53,817 bases of DNA, from the NCBI GenBank assembly GCA_902776845.1, contig CACYRM010000001.1, positions 1 through 53,817 of the forward strand. The letters are read 5' to 3'. Of this stretch, positions 39,660 to 49,621 are shown one piece after another; position 1 is the first letter of the stretch; every line of letters starts with the position of its first letter. The stretch is from Oscillospiraceae bacterium (lineage in GTDB: Bacteria > Bacillota > Clostridia > Saccharofermentanales > Saccharofermentanaceae). A program made the translations under genes and the position numbers. The notes beneath the pieces are model-generated. The model had not been told where the DNA came from. It saw only the letters and a list, made by a program, of their open reading frames with translations, and made no database searches.

Positions 39660-42104
39660 TTATGCTTTCTTAAGTCCGGCTGCGTTCGCGAGCATATTCT
39701 TGCGCATGCCGTCAAAATCGACAGTAATGAGCGCATCGCCTCCTACAGGTTCGACTTTGAGTATGACACCTTCACCGAACCTCGGATGGATCACTCTCAG
39801 ACCTTCTGAAAGATCATCCGGACCCAGCTGTCCTTCACGTGCTCCGGAGGGCTTTTCTTTCTCTCTGGAGAACTGTGACCTGACGGCAGACGCGATGGAT
39901 TTCTTTGATTTCTCTCTGTTTGTCTCACCCTGAGGCTCCTCTTTGGGCGCTTCCCTTCTGGAACCCATAAGATAAAGAAGTCCGGGATCGATCTCCCTTA
40001 TGAATCTTGAAGGCTGGTTGCAGTTGGTCTGACCGAAGAGCATCCTCTGTTTTGCAAGGACAATAAACAGATTTTTCTTGGCTCTCGTAATGGCTACGTA
40101 CATCAGTCTCCGTTCTTCCTCGGTATCCTCAGCACTCTGGACTGATCTGTAACTCGGGAATACCCCTTCCTCCAGACCTATGATAAACACAGCTCCGAAC
40201 TCAAGACCTTTTGCGCTGTGTATGGACATAAGCTTAACAAAATCATCAGAGTCGTTATAATCATCACCTTCCGTGAACAGTGACGCGTTCTCCAGATAAA
40301 GCCCGAGTATTCCTTCTGTCGTGTCTGCAGTAGCCGTGTCGAAGAAAAAATCTTCATCGACTTCAACAGGCAGTCCGTCTCCGTCATCGATCTCTATCCC
40401 GTCCATATCGACCGGTTCCGCACGGTGTGCCTTATCGAATTCCTTGGCTTCGGATAAGAGTTCCTTCAGGTTCTCCACCCTGTCGATAATGTCGCCCTTC
40501 TTCTCACGCTGCTCGGTAATCTCCTCGATGATCCCTGATTCATTCTCGACATAATCGACAAACTGGGCAAAATCCATCTCATTCTCTTTGAGCTTATCCC
40601 TCATAGAGTTTATGAGATCCGTAAAAGCACAGATCCTGGAAACTGATCTGACAAGCTCAGGGTAATCAACGGCATGCATCGCAACATCAAACATGCTGAT
40701 ATTGTCATTAATGGCATACTGCCTGATCTTCTCTATTGTCGTATCGCCTATGCCTCTCTTCGGAACATTGATGATCCTCTCAAAAGCTATATTGTCTTTA
40801 GTGTCATTGATAAGCCTTAAATATGCCAGGATATCCTTGATCTCTTTTCTGTCATAGAACCTCATTCCGCCGTAGACCCTGAACGGGATCCCGAGATTGT
40901 GAAGCATTGTCTCTATATTTCTCGAAAGAGCATTCATCCTGTAAAGGACGGCGCAGTCCGAGAACCTGAACTTGCCTTTGTCGGCCATCATCTTGATGGT
41001 CCTTCCGACAAATTCCGCTTCGCCGTTACCCGTATCGGCATTCATGACAATGATCTTATCACCGTCTTCGCCTTCTGTACGGAGATGCTTGCTCTTACGC
41101 TTTTTGTTGTTTGCTATAACGCAGTTTGCTGCATCCAGGATCGTCTTGGTCGAACGGTAATTCTCTTCAAGCTTTATGACTCCGGCTCCGGGGAAATCCT
41201 TCTCGAACTTCAATATCAATCTTACATCAGCGCCTCTGAATGAATAGATCGACTGGTCGTCATCGCCGACCACACAGATGTTGTCGTTGCCTGAAGCCAG
41301 CTGCATTATGGCGCGGTACTGAGGCATATTGGTGTCCTGATACTCATCTACCATTATGTACCTGAACTTGTTCCTGTACATCTCACGGATATCAGGATTC
41401 CTCTCCAGGAGCTTCACCATATTTATCAGGATATCGTCAAAATCCATAGCATTGTTGGCAAGGAGCTTCTCCTGGTATCTCTTGTATATCCTGGCAACAA
41501 CGCCGTAATAGTATTCCTTGCCTGCGGTCAGCGTATACTCTTCGACATCGACGAATCTGTTCTTCGCATTGGAAATCTCATTCTGGACAGCCTTGGGCTT
41601 GAACTGGCTGTCAGAGATATCAAGTTCCTTCATGGAATCCTTGACCAGCTTTAACTGATCGTCAGTATCGATTATCGAGAAATTCTGGGTATAGCCCAGA
41701 AGCTCGGCGTGACGTCTTAAGAGTCTCGCAAAAATGCTGTGGAAAGTCCCGCACCAGATATACTTCGAGCGTTCGCCTACCAGACCTTCGATCCTCTGGC
41801 GCATCTCATTGGCTGCCTTGTTCGTAAAAGTTATGGCGAGTATAGAAGAAGGAGCAACATTATGCTTCTTCATCATATAAGCGATCCTATAAGTGATGAC
41901 CCTGGTCTTGCCGGATCCCGCTCCGGCAAGGATAAGAAGCGGTCCGTCGAGATGTGTTACCGCCTGTCTCTGCTCCGGATTAAGACCTTCCAGAAGATCG
42001 TCCGCGTCCTGCTCCGCCGGAGCATAAGCATCCTGTCCGTAAATACTCTCAAGGTCTCTGAAAAACTCGTCTGAATTGCTAAAGATACCGTCTGACAAAA
42101 CCAA
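39660..42104 (-). CDS. pcrA: UvrD/PcrA superfamily I DNA helicase
   Basis: LNPEQ, AGAGSGKT, TFTNKAA, VDEYQDTN, VGDDDQSIYSFRGA, HSAKGLEF, EERRLMYVAITRA, C-terminal tudor-like HPRFGEG; TTG start with RBS AGGGAG. Confidence 0.93.
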   Translation of the reverse strand: MVLSDGIFSNSDEFFRDLESIYGQDAYAPAEQDADDLLEGLNPEQRQAVTHLDGPLLILAGAGSGKTRVITYRIAYMMKKHNVAPSSILAITFTNKAANEMRQRIEGLVGERSKYIWCGTFHSIFARLLRRHAELLGYTQNFSIIDTDDQLKLVKDSMKELDISDSQFKPKAVQNEISNAKNRFVDVEEYTLTAGKEYYYGVVARIYKRYQEKLLANNAMDFDDILINMVKLLERNPDIREMYRNKFRYIMVDEYQDTNMPQYRAIMQLASGNDNICVVGDDDQSIYSFRGADVRLILKFEKDFPGAGVIKLEENYRSTKTILDAANCVIANNKKRKSKHLRTEGEDGDKIIVMNADTGNGEAEFVGRTIKMMADKGKFRFSDCAVLYRMNALSRNIETMLHNLGIPFRVYGGMRFYDRKEIKDILAYLRLINDTKDNIAFERIINVPKRGIGDTTIEKIRQYAINDNISMFDVAMHAVDYPELVRSVSRICAFTDLINSMRDKLKENEMDFAQFVDYVENESGIIEEITEQREKKGDIIDRVENLKELLSEAKEFDKAHRAEPVDMDGIEIDDGDGLPVEVDEDFFFDTATADTTEGILGLYLENASLFTEGDDYNDSDDFVKLMSIHSAKGLEFGAVFIIGLEEGVFPSYRSVQSAEDTEEERRLMYVAITRAKKNLFIVLAKQRMLFGQTNCNQPSRFIREIDPGLLYLMGSRREAPKEEPQGETNREKSKKSIASAVRSQFSREKEKPSGAREGQLGPDDLSEGLRVIHPRFGEGVILKVEPVGGDALITVDFDGMRKNMLANAAGLKKA

Positions 42105-42133
42105 TCTCTCCCTTTTATAAATACGCTGAAGAG

Positions 42134-42142
42134 ATTATATCA
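42134..42142 (-). promoter_or_regulatory. Extended -10 element upstream of pcrA
   Basis: TGATATAAT on the minus strand about 30 bp before the start. Confidence 0.45.
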
Positions 42143-42224
42143 ATAAAGGAAATCATTAACCGTCAAATAATAGGACAATTTCACTTAATATTTTATTTAT
42201 CGCGAATAGTAATATAATAACAAC

Positions 42225-43562
42225 ATGAGTAGCGGAGAACACAAACATTTCAGATTAAGCGGCTCACAGAGCATTCTTTTGGGCTTTTTTCTAATGATAG
42301 CCGCCGGCGCGGTCCTTCTTATGCTTCCGATCTCGACAAAATCGAGGGAATGGACCAGCATTATCGACGCATTTTTCACGGCAACATCAGCGAGCTGTGT
42401 TACGGGACTTATCGTATATGACACAGAGACGCACTGGTCCCTGTTCGGTCAGTTCGTTATCCTCATCCTTATACAGATCGGCGGTATGGGAGTTGTAACA
42501 ATGACGACCATACTGAGCAAGCTCATCGGCAAAAAGATCAGCCTTCAGGCAAGGGCTACCCTGCAGGAAGCCGTATCCGCGCCGAATCTCGGCGAGATCC
42601 TGAAATATACCCGTTTTATCTGTCTGGGAACCGTTATATTTGAGACGGCAGGAGCTCTTGTTATGGCTCCCGTATTCATATCGGAATACGGATTCTTAAA
42701 GGGCAGCTGGCTCGCCGTATTCACTTCGGTCTCCGCTTTCTGTAATGCCGGCTTCGACCTGAACGGTTCGCACGGAGCATTCTCGTCCATGATGCCTTAC
42801 ATGGACAATCCCGTAATAGTCCTAACGCTTGTATTCCTGATCATCACCGGTGGTCTCGGATTTCTAACCTGGCTGGATATAAGAAGATACGGTCTCAGAT
42901 TTTCAAGATACAGCACACAGAGCAAGATCATTATCGTAATGGAGATAATACTTATCGTTGTTCCGATGCTCTACTTATGGTACGGCGAGTATGACCATCT
43001 TCCCTTCGGCCAGAGATATCTTGCTTCGCTTTTTCAGGCGGTAACTCCGAGAACGGCAGGATTCAATACAACCGATTACAATTACTTTTCCGGTACCGGC
43101 ATTCTGATGACTGTCATCCTGATGCTCATTGGCGGCGCTCCGGGTTCCACTGCAGGAGGTATGAAGATTACCACAGTGGCAGTTCTTTTCTTCACGATGA
43201 TCTCGGTATTCAAGCATGAGAGAGCTCCCGCGGTATTCAAGCGAAGGATCAAGTCGGAGGCAATATCGGGAGCAGTCGCCGTATTCATGCTGGATATCAT
43301 AATCACTCTGACAGGCGCTATGTGCATTTCCAAGATTGAGCATATCGCATTCCTTAAGACACTTTTCGAGAGCGCTTCGGCCGTCGGAACCGTCGGACTA
43401 TCGATGGGCATTACTCCCGGACTTGCTTCACTCTCAAAGATAATACTGATAGTGCTGATGTACATCGGACGTGTAGGCGGTCTTACACTGGTCTTTGCCG
43501 CTATAACCCGGAAATCAACCGGCAACAGACAATATCCTTCAGATAACATTGCAGTCGGTTGA
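42225..43562 (+). CDS. ktrB: Trk/Ktr potassium uptake membrane subunit (KtrB/TrkH)
   Basis: Four pore loops: SCVTGL, FCNAGF, PRTAGF, GTVGLS; GSTAGGMK; MYIGRVG. Confidence 0.9.
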   Translation: MSSGEHKHFRLSGSQSILLGFFLMIAAGAVLLMLPISTKSREWTSIIDAFFTATSASCVTGLIVYDTETHWSLFGQFVILILIQIGGMGVVTMTTILSKLIGKKISLQARATLQEAVSAPNLGEILKYTRFICLGTVIFETAGALVMAPVFISEYGFLKGSWLAVFTSVSAFCNAGFDLNGSHGAFSSMMPYMDNPVIVLTLVFLIITGGLGFLTWLDIRRYGLRFSRYSTQSKIIIVMEIILIVVPMLYLWYGEYDHLPFGQRYLASLFQAVTPRTAGFNTTDYNYFSGTGILMTVILMLIGGAPGSTAGGMKITTVAVLFFTMISVFKHERAPAVFKRRIKSEAISGAVAVFMLDIIITLTGAMCISKIEHIAFLKTLFESASAVGTVGLSMGITPGLASLSKIILIVLMYIGRVGGLTLVFAAITRKSTGNRQYPSDNIAVG

Positions 43563-43583
43563 TCCGGCAGAAAGGAACTATAT

Positions 43584-44237
43584 ATGAAAAGCATACTGGT
43601 AATAGGAATCGGACGTTTCGGATATCATCTTATCGATCAGCTGAATAAGGCGGGAGACGAGATCCTTGCCGTCGATGCCTCTGAAGAGCGTATCGAACCG
43701 GTGCTCGGAATGGTTACGAGTTCACTGATCGGTGATTCCACGAACGAGGATTTTATCAAGTCACTCGGAGTGGAGAATTTCGATGTATGCTTTGTAGCGA
43801 TCGGTGATGATTTCCAGGCTTCGCTCGAGACCACTTCACTCCTTAAGGAATGCGGTGCCAGATATGTCGTATCGAGAGCCTCAAGATCAGTTCACGAGAA
43901 GTTCCTTTTGAGAAACGGAGCCGATGCTGTCGTATTCCCCGAAAAACAGCTTGCGGAATGGTCCGCGATCAGATGGTGCTCCGGAAGGGTCATTGATTAC
44001 CTTGATTATCCCGGTGATTTCTCGATCTTTGAGATCGAGGTCCCGAAAGCCTGGATCGGCAACAATCTGGTCGATCTCGGTATCAGGAAGAAGCTTCACC
44101 TCAATGTTCTTTCCATAAGGCGTGACGGCAACCAGATACTGGAATTCCCTGCCGACTTTGTTTTCAAGTCGGGTGATACCGTTACCGTTTTCGGTGCGGA
44201 TGATGATATCAAGAAAGGGCTTAACATCAATTATTAA
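43584..44237 (+). CDS. ktrA: Trk/Ktr potassium uptake RCK regulatory subunit (KtrA/TrkA)
   Basis: VIGIGRFG, VAIGDDFQASLETT, GADAVVFPE, C-terminal RCK_C domain. Confidence 0.9.
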   Translation: MKSILVIGIGRFGYHLIDQLNKAGDEILAVDASEERIEPVLGMVTSSLIGDSTNEDFIKSLGVENFDVCFVAIGDDFQASLETTSLLKECGARYVVSRASRSVHEKFLLRNGADAVVFPEKQLAEWSAIRWCSGRVIDYLDYPGDFSIFEIEVPKAWIGNNLVDLGIRKKLHLNVLSIRRDGNQILEFPADFVFKSGDTVTVFGADDDIKKGLNINY

Positions 44238-44255
44238 ACCCTGCCCTTACGGGTA

Positions 44256-47042
44256 TTAGTAATCTCCCAGATATTCCCAGTTATCCGGATCATGGATATC
44301 ACCGCCCTTGAAAGTGAACCATGAGCCCGGAAGGAATGTATTGCCTCCGTTGGTCTCCGTGCTGATGATCGTTGACAGGAATACAGTCCGGAAGTCTGAT
44401 TTCGCATCGGATGTGATCGGATTATTTGTAAAGGGATTTACCGGATCTTCTATAAGACCGGAAGTTGCGATGACCGGAGTGTCAGCGTTTGTCATGAATT
44501 CCTCGCTGACCGTAAAGCCTTTCGCGTCAAAATCCTTCACCATAAGAAGCGGCATGAAATATTCCATATCCTCATCATTGCAGATGACGTCAAACTGACC
44601 CAGATCTCTTCCGTGGTCGGCAACAAGGATTATGCGGGTATTGTCATAGACCCCGTTTTTGCGAAGGTAATCAAACCACTCGCCCAGGGCAATATACGAA
44701 GCCATGTTCACATGATAATGAATGATCTGATCCTCGGTTTCCATCCGCATGGTCCTGCCGTCCACCGTGTACCTGGAGACCATATCAACATCGTAAGCAG
44801 TGTTATCGACGCTTGCGGCAGGAACATAATCAGGTTCCTGCAAAAGACATTGTGAATGTGTCGAATCATTGGACATCATCAGGAAAGTGTTGTTCTGGCT
44901 TCCGTTGACATCCGTGATATCAGGCAGTGCGGTAAGAACTGAATATGCGTTTATAAAATCCATGTTATAACCGGTACTTTTGGTAATTCCATCCATGCTC
45001 TGGACAAAAGAGCCCTCATCTCCGGACGACTCGTTATAGAGCCCCTCATCATAGAGTGTCTCCTGCAGGAAGACCGGAGCGATCTTCACGATGGAGAAAC
45101 AGAAGAAATTCCTGTTGCGGATCTCATGGACTCTCTCTGATAACGATAGTGAATACTCATCATATGTATCATCATCAAAGAGACTGTAGCTGCCGTTCGT
45201 GTTATAGCATCGGTATTCAGGATGGTCATCATAAATGGACAGGTCCGGGATCCAGCTGTAACCGGCATATGTGGGATCACAGATGGTTACATCATAACCG
45301 TTATCACCGAAGATCTCCGGCATGACCTTAAGAGCTTCATTGTGCTTGCTCTCAAGACTCTCCGTGTCTCTCTCGTTCATTTTGTCGGGAGTATATTCAT
45401 ATCCTCCGAACAAAGCCGGAGAACCGAAATTAGTGTAAGCACCGTAAGAGATAGTATTGGAATAATAGGTAAAGCCGTCAAATTTCTCAAGCAATTCGGG
45501 TTTCTCGTTGAATATGTAAGGCGCCTGCGTTCCCATTGCGCGGTCAAGCATTATTACCACTACATTCTTTCCGTTTTTGCTCAGTTTTATTATCTGCTCA
45601 TCAGCCGTGACGGAAGAACCCTGATGAGTATCCGCGGAATTTTTGTATCCGGCATAAGCGCGCCATATCCCGGTGATATGGTAGATTCCGATCGCCATGA
45701 CCGATAAAGACGCAACAATAAGAACTGTCTTTATGATCTTTGCAAACCCTGAATAAAGCAGAATAAAAACTACTGCCGTAACAATTACCGCTGCAGCATT
45801 CAAAGCAATAACGGAATAGCTGAACTCCGGTTTTGAATCATATTGAAGCGTTGAGGATAACGTTCCGAGCTTTGTTCCGAAGAACATGTAATCGACCATT
45901 GAAATGCCGCATACAGCCCAGATCAGTCTGCTGAACAGCGTCTTTACGGTATCGCTCATGAAAAAGTAGAATACGCTTCCCCACAATATCCAGCTGCCGG
46001 ATGATAACAGCAGAGCATTGACAACATAACGGACAGGATTGCCCGGAAGCCCCACATCGATAAATTCCAGTGCAGATGTGCCGATAACCGTGGAAGGAAT
46101 CAGAAGTCCCGTAACGAGAGCCATAAATACGCAGCCGCCCATAAAGACTGCCGCCGTATCTTTGGCATTAATCCGGGACTCGACCTTGTTTTTTCCCGGT
46201 AACCGGATCTTCTTCAAAAACAGACCCGACGCCAAAGGCAGGCACAGCAAAAGACAGCATGCAGAGAGAAGTATCTTTCGTTTCATGCCGAAATCAGGAT
46301 TAATGAGCGCAAATATCATTGCTGCGATTCCCGCGGCGGCAAGAACGATATACAAAGCCTTTTTCGGATCCCTGAATTTATAGAATATGTTTTTCAGCAG
46401 CGAGAAAACATTATTCAGAAGCCAGTAGAATACGAGACCTGACGGTGAATGATACAGCAGCACGAGGAAAACAGCCGCCAGACCGTAGATCTGTATCTTC
46501 GCTTTTAAAGGATGACCTTTGGTATAGATAATTCCCGAAATTATATTTATCAGCGTCATCATTATAGGAAGGACATTCACCGGGAAACTGCCGATGGTGA
46601 ACATGGCATCTTCCTGTCCCAGATCTTTTATGATCCCGAAAGACATTCCCTGAAGGCACTGCATACCCGAAAGAAGATTATATGCCGCTATAAAGAACGG
46701 TATCTGAAGAAGCAGTGAGACAGAACTCTTAAGCGCATAGACCGGTTTATAGTGATTTATCCGGTAGTATTCCTGAAGCATGAAAAAACGCTCATCGCCT
46801 TTGAACGTGCGCTTGATATGCTTGATATGAGGAGCCATCTTTGCCTGTATGTCGCGTTCTTCCGCCTGAAGCTCATCAGCCCTTTTATACAAAGGCAAAA
46901 CGAGGAAATTTACCGCAAGGCTCAGGAATATTATGGTCAGTCCCTCATTGCCGATTATCCTGTTGGCGATCATAAAAAGTGCTTCGAAAAGAAGCATCAG
47001 AGGAGAGATTATCAGTGTGTAAAGTGCTGACAGGACTGACAT
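44256..47042 (-). CDS. YidC/Oxa1 domain fused to an LtaS/EptA-like (alkaline phosphatase superfamily) membrane phosphotransferase
   Basis: aa ~1-220 YidC motifs (GLTIIFLSLAVNFLVLPL, LLQIPFFIAAY, PSGLVFYWLLNNVFS); about 7 further TM helices; NVVVIMLD500, YT537NFGSPAL, STH729, VAD809H810G. Confidence 0.8.
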   Translation of the reverse strand: MSVLSALYTLIISPLMLLFEALFMIANRIIGNEGLTIIFLSLAVNFLVLPLYKRADELQAEERDIQAKMAPHIKHIKRTFKGDERFFMLQEYYRINHYKPVYALKSSVSLLLQIPFFIAAYNLLSGMQCLQGMSFGIIKDLGQEDAMFTIGSFPVNVLPIMMTLINIISGIIYTKGHPLKAKIQIYGLAAVFLVLLYHSPSGLVFYWLLNNVFSLLKNIFYKFRDPKKALYIVLAAAGIAAMIFALINPDFGMKRKILLSACCLLLCLPLASGLFLKKIRLPGKNKVESRINAKDTAAVFMGGCVFMALVTGLLIPSTVIGTSALEFIDVGLPGNPVRYVVNALLLSSGSWILWGSVFYFFMSDTVKTLFSRLIWAVCGISMVDYMFFGTKLGTLSSTLQYDSKPEFSYSVIALNAAAVIVTAVVFILLYSGFAKIIKTVLIVASLSVMAIGIYHITGIWRAYAGYKNSADTHQGSSVTADEQIIKLSKNGKNVVVIMLDRAMGTQAPYIFNEKPELLEKFDGFTYYSNTISYGAYTNFGSPALFGGYEYTPDKMNERDTESLESKHNEALKVMPEIFGDNGYDVTICDPTYAGYSWIPDLSIYDDHPEYRCYNTNGSYSLFDDDTYDEYSLSLSERVHEIRNRNFFCFSIVKIAPVFLQETLYDEGLYNESSGDEGSFVQSMDGITKSTGYNMDFINAYSVLTALPDITDVNGSQNNTFLMMSNDSTHSQCLLQEPDYVPAASVDNTAYDVDMVSRYTVDGRTMRMETEDQIIHYHVNMASYIALGEWFDYLRKNGVYDNTRIILVADHGRDLGQFDVICNDEDMEYFMPLLMVKDFDAKGFTVSEEFMTNADTPVIATSGLIEDPVNPFTNNPITSDAKSDFRTVFLSTIISTETNGGNTFLPGSWFTFKGGDIHDPDNWEYLGDY

Positions 47043-47046
47043 CGTA

Positions 47047-48354
47047 TTACGATCCTTTAAGGGATAACTTCTTCATTTTTGTTTTCTTCATACCGGAGTT
47101 TTTTATCTCTTCTTCATGCTTTGCAGAAGTAACTTCATTATATTTCTCCATAATGAAATCGACTGATCTTTTCGCGCCTTCACCCATATGTACCCAGGTC
47201 TCGGAACGCGCTTTGTCACGGCCGTCACTGAAGGACGGATCATCAATACATCTGTCTATAAGCTGCTTGATATCCCCGAAGTTATCATCATTGAGTTCAA
47301 GGCCTATGGAAGGAAGTATACTGTACATCCACAGTTCGTCTTCTAACCAGTAAGCGTCATAAGGACTCACATCAAAGAAAGACCTGGTATAAATGACGGG
47401 CTTGTCAAAGACCAGGGAAAAGTCGAACATTACACCGGAGAAATCCGAGATAAGAATGTCTGACTGTCTTAACACATCAAAGTTGTCAGTATCCCTGTTC
47501 CATGTGACCTTTGAAGTGTCACTGTATTTGTTTATGAGTCTTTCCATAAGATCCTTCTCGGCAGTAAAAGACTGGGGATGGGGTCTTACGATAATCCTGT
47601 AACCTGTGGAGATCAGCGCATCGATAAAAGGCTCTCCGTATTTCGAGAGGATACTGCTCTCGCCCCAGGAGGGAGCCAGAAGGACAGTCCTGTCATGGGG
47701 AGGCAGTTTATCTGCCGTCTCAAGTCTTTTCATCATAGTATCCATAAATGGAATACCGCAGAGAGCGATCTCTTTGGGCGGATAATCACGCAGCTTCTCA
47801 AGCTTACGCACTTCCTCTTCCTGGTAACTTCCGGACAAGATTATTGCATCATAATGGTCTATCCCGAACATCCTGTACAGTGTTATATCGTTCGGGGCAT
47901 GCGGAATATGAATGTAGTAATCCACATTCTTAGACCTTTTCCACTGAAAAACGTCGAGACTCGGCGTCGAGGATACGACGACCGAAGCATTGAGAAGATT
48001 AAGCTTTGAAAAGCCCTTGTTGCCTTCTCCCAAATATTGGCCTGTTATATATTCGTATTTCTTACCGAAGACCGGATCATCTCCGGAACCGGTAAGATAT
48101 ACGACTTTTTGATGCCTTTTCTCGAATTCATCCAGAAGCGGTTCGAAAACATTCCAATACCTTTTGTTATCGGTATATATTGCGATAGGGATCTTCTGAC
48201 TTTTGATCTCCGAAGCCTTTACGCCGGAACGGAACTTAAGCTTCATAACGATCTTCCGGAAGGAGAATACCACTACGCCGAACAAACCGAATATTACGGT
48301 AAACAGCATTCCCCCTGTTCCGGGATCGATATATAAGACTTTAAGAAACCCCAT
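47047..48354 (-). CDS. CDP-glycerol:glycerophosphate glycerophosphotransferase (TagB/TagF-like) family protein with N-terminal YIDPGTG membrane segment
   Basis: HIPHA, VLLAPSWG, IVRPHP, SDILISDFSGVMFDF..DKPVI; RBS AGGAG. Confidence 0.8.
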   Translation of the reverse strand: MGFLKVLYIDPGTGGMLFTVIFGLFGVVVFSFRKIVMKLKFRSGVKASEIKSQKIPIAIYTDNKRYWNVFEPLLDEFEKRHQKVVYLTGSGDDPVFGKKYEYITGQYLGEGNKGFSKLNLLNASVVVSSTPSLDVFQWKRSKNVDYYIHIPHAPNDITLYRMFGIDHYDAIILSGSYQEEEVRKLEKLRDYPPKEIALCGIPFMDTMMKRLETADKLPPHDRTVLLAPSWGESSILSKYGEPFIDALISTGYRIIVRPHPQSFTAEKDLMERLINKYSDTSKVTWNRDTDNFDVLRQSDILISDFSGVMFDFSLVFDKPVIYTRSFFDVSPYDAYWLEDELWMYSILPSIGLELNDDNFGDIKQLIDRCIDDPSFSDGRDKARSETWVHMGEGAKRSVDFIMEKYNEVTSAKHEEEIKNSGMKKTKMKKLSLKGS

Positions 48355-48387
48355 CAGAACTACCCGCTCCTGAACTCATCCGGTAAA

Positions 48388-49584
48388 TTATCTAACGAGT
48401 CTTTCTGTCTCCTGAGCGATAGCGAGCTCCTCATTTGTAGGGATAACGCAGACAGTGACCTTTGATGTGGGCTTGGAGATAATTGCTTCCTTGCCGCGGA
48501 GTCCTGCATTAACGGATTCATCGAACTCAACACCCATGAACTCAAGGCCTTCACACATAGCCTTTCTCATGTGGTCTGTGTTCTCGCCTATACCTGCAGT
48601 AAATACGATAACATCAACACCGCCCATTGCAGCTGCATAAGATCCGATGATCTTCTTGCCCTGATATGCGAACATGTCGAGCGCAAGTCTTGCTCTGTCG
48701 TTGCCTTCGTTTGCAGCCTTCTCGAGATCTCTGAAGTCGGAGGATACGCCTGAAACGCCCTGAACACCTGACTGCTTGTTGAGAAGGTTGTCCATCTCGT
48801 CAGCTGTAAATCTCTCATTCTTCATGAGGAAAGGAACGATAGCGGGATCGATGTCACCTGTTCTTGTACCCATGCAGATACCTGCAAGAGGTGTAAGACC
48901 CATCGATGTATCCTGGCACTTGCCGTCCTTAACAGCTGCGAAAGAAGAACCGTTACCGAGGTGGCATGTGATGATTCTTAAGTCCTCGTACTTCTTTCCG
49001 AGGAAATCAGCAACCCTGTGGCTTACATAACGGTGGGATGTTCCGTGGAAACCATAACGGCGGATATCATACTTCTCGGAAAGCTCATAAGGAAGAGCAT
49101 ATGTGTAAGCCTTCGGGGGCATTGTCTGGTGGAAAGCCGTATCGAAAACTGCAACCTGGGGTGTGCCCTCAGGAAGAACGTCCTCGCATGCCTCGATACC
49201 GATGAGGTTTGCGGGATTATGCAGAGGTCCTAACGGGAAGCACTCTCTGATAACTCTCTTAACATCGTCATCAACGATAACAGACTCGCTGTAGTACTTA
49301 CCGCCGTGGAGTACTCTGTGACCTACAGCTGCGATCTCGGATACGTCAGAGATAACGCCGTGCTCGGGATCTACAAGAGCATCGAGGATCATGCGGACTG
49401 CAACCTTGTGGTCAGGCATGGGTTCTGTGGAAATGAACTCATCCTTGCCGGCAGGCTTATATGTGAGCTTGCCGTCGATTCCGATTCTCTCGGCATTACC
49501 CTTAGCGAGGACATCGCCTGTGTCGATGTCGAAAAGCTGGAACTTGGCGGAAGAGCTTCCGCAGTTGATTACTAAAATCTTCAT
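48388..49584 (-). CDS. ackA: Acetate kinase
   Basis: [51 protein letters not shown]. Confidence 0.97.
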   Translation of the reverse strand: MKILVINCGSSSAKFQLFDIDTGDVLAKGNAERIGIDGKLTYKPAGKDEFISTEPMPDHKVAVRMILDALVDPEHGVISDVSEIAAVGHRVLHGGKYYSESVIVDDDVKRVIRECFPLGPLHNPANLIGIEACEDVLPEGTPQVAVFDTAFHQTMPPKAYTYALPYELSEKYDIRRYGFHGTSHRYVSHRVADFLGKKYEDLRIITCHLGNGSSFAAVKDGKCQDTSMGLTPLAGICMGTRTGDIDPAIVPFLMKNERFTADEMDNLLNKQSGVQGVSGVSSDFRDLEKAANEGNDRARLALDMFAYQGKKIIGSYAAAMGGVDVIVFTAGIGENTDHMRKAMCEGLEFMGVEFDESVNAGLRGKEAIISKPTSKVTVCVIPTNEELAIAQETERLVR

Positions 49585-49621
49585 TTATCTTATCTCCTGT
49601 CTGTATTCTTATCCGGATTTA

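Noticed and set aside
37707-42104. UvrD helicase plus HD nucleotidases as an antiphage system (Gabija-like)
   Set aside because: The helicase is a canonical PcrA with its C-terminal domain; no OLD nuclease or island context
42105-42224. c-di-AMP (ydaO) riboswitch upstream of ktrB
   Set aside because: Short, very AT-rich divergent promoter region with no structured GC stems
44256-45600. Calling the C-terminal domain of the YidC fusion a sulfatase
   Set aside because: No (C/S)xPxR formylglycine motif; the nucleophile position is Thr, as in LtaS/EptA-type phosphotransferases
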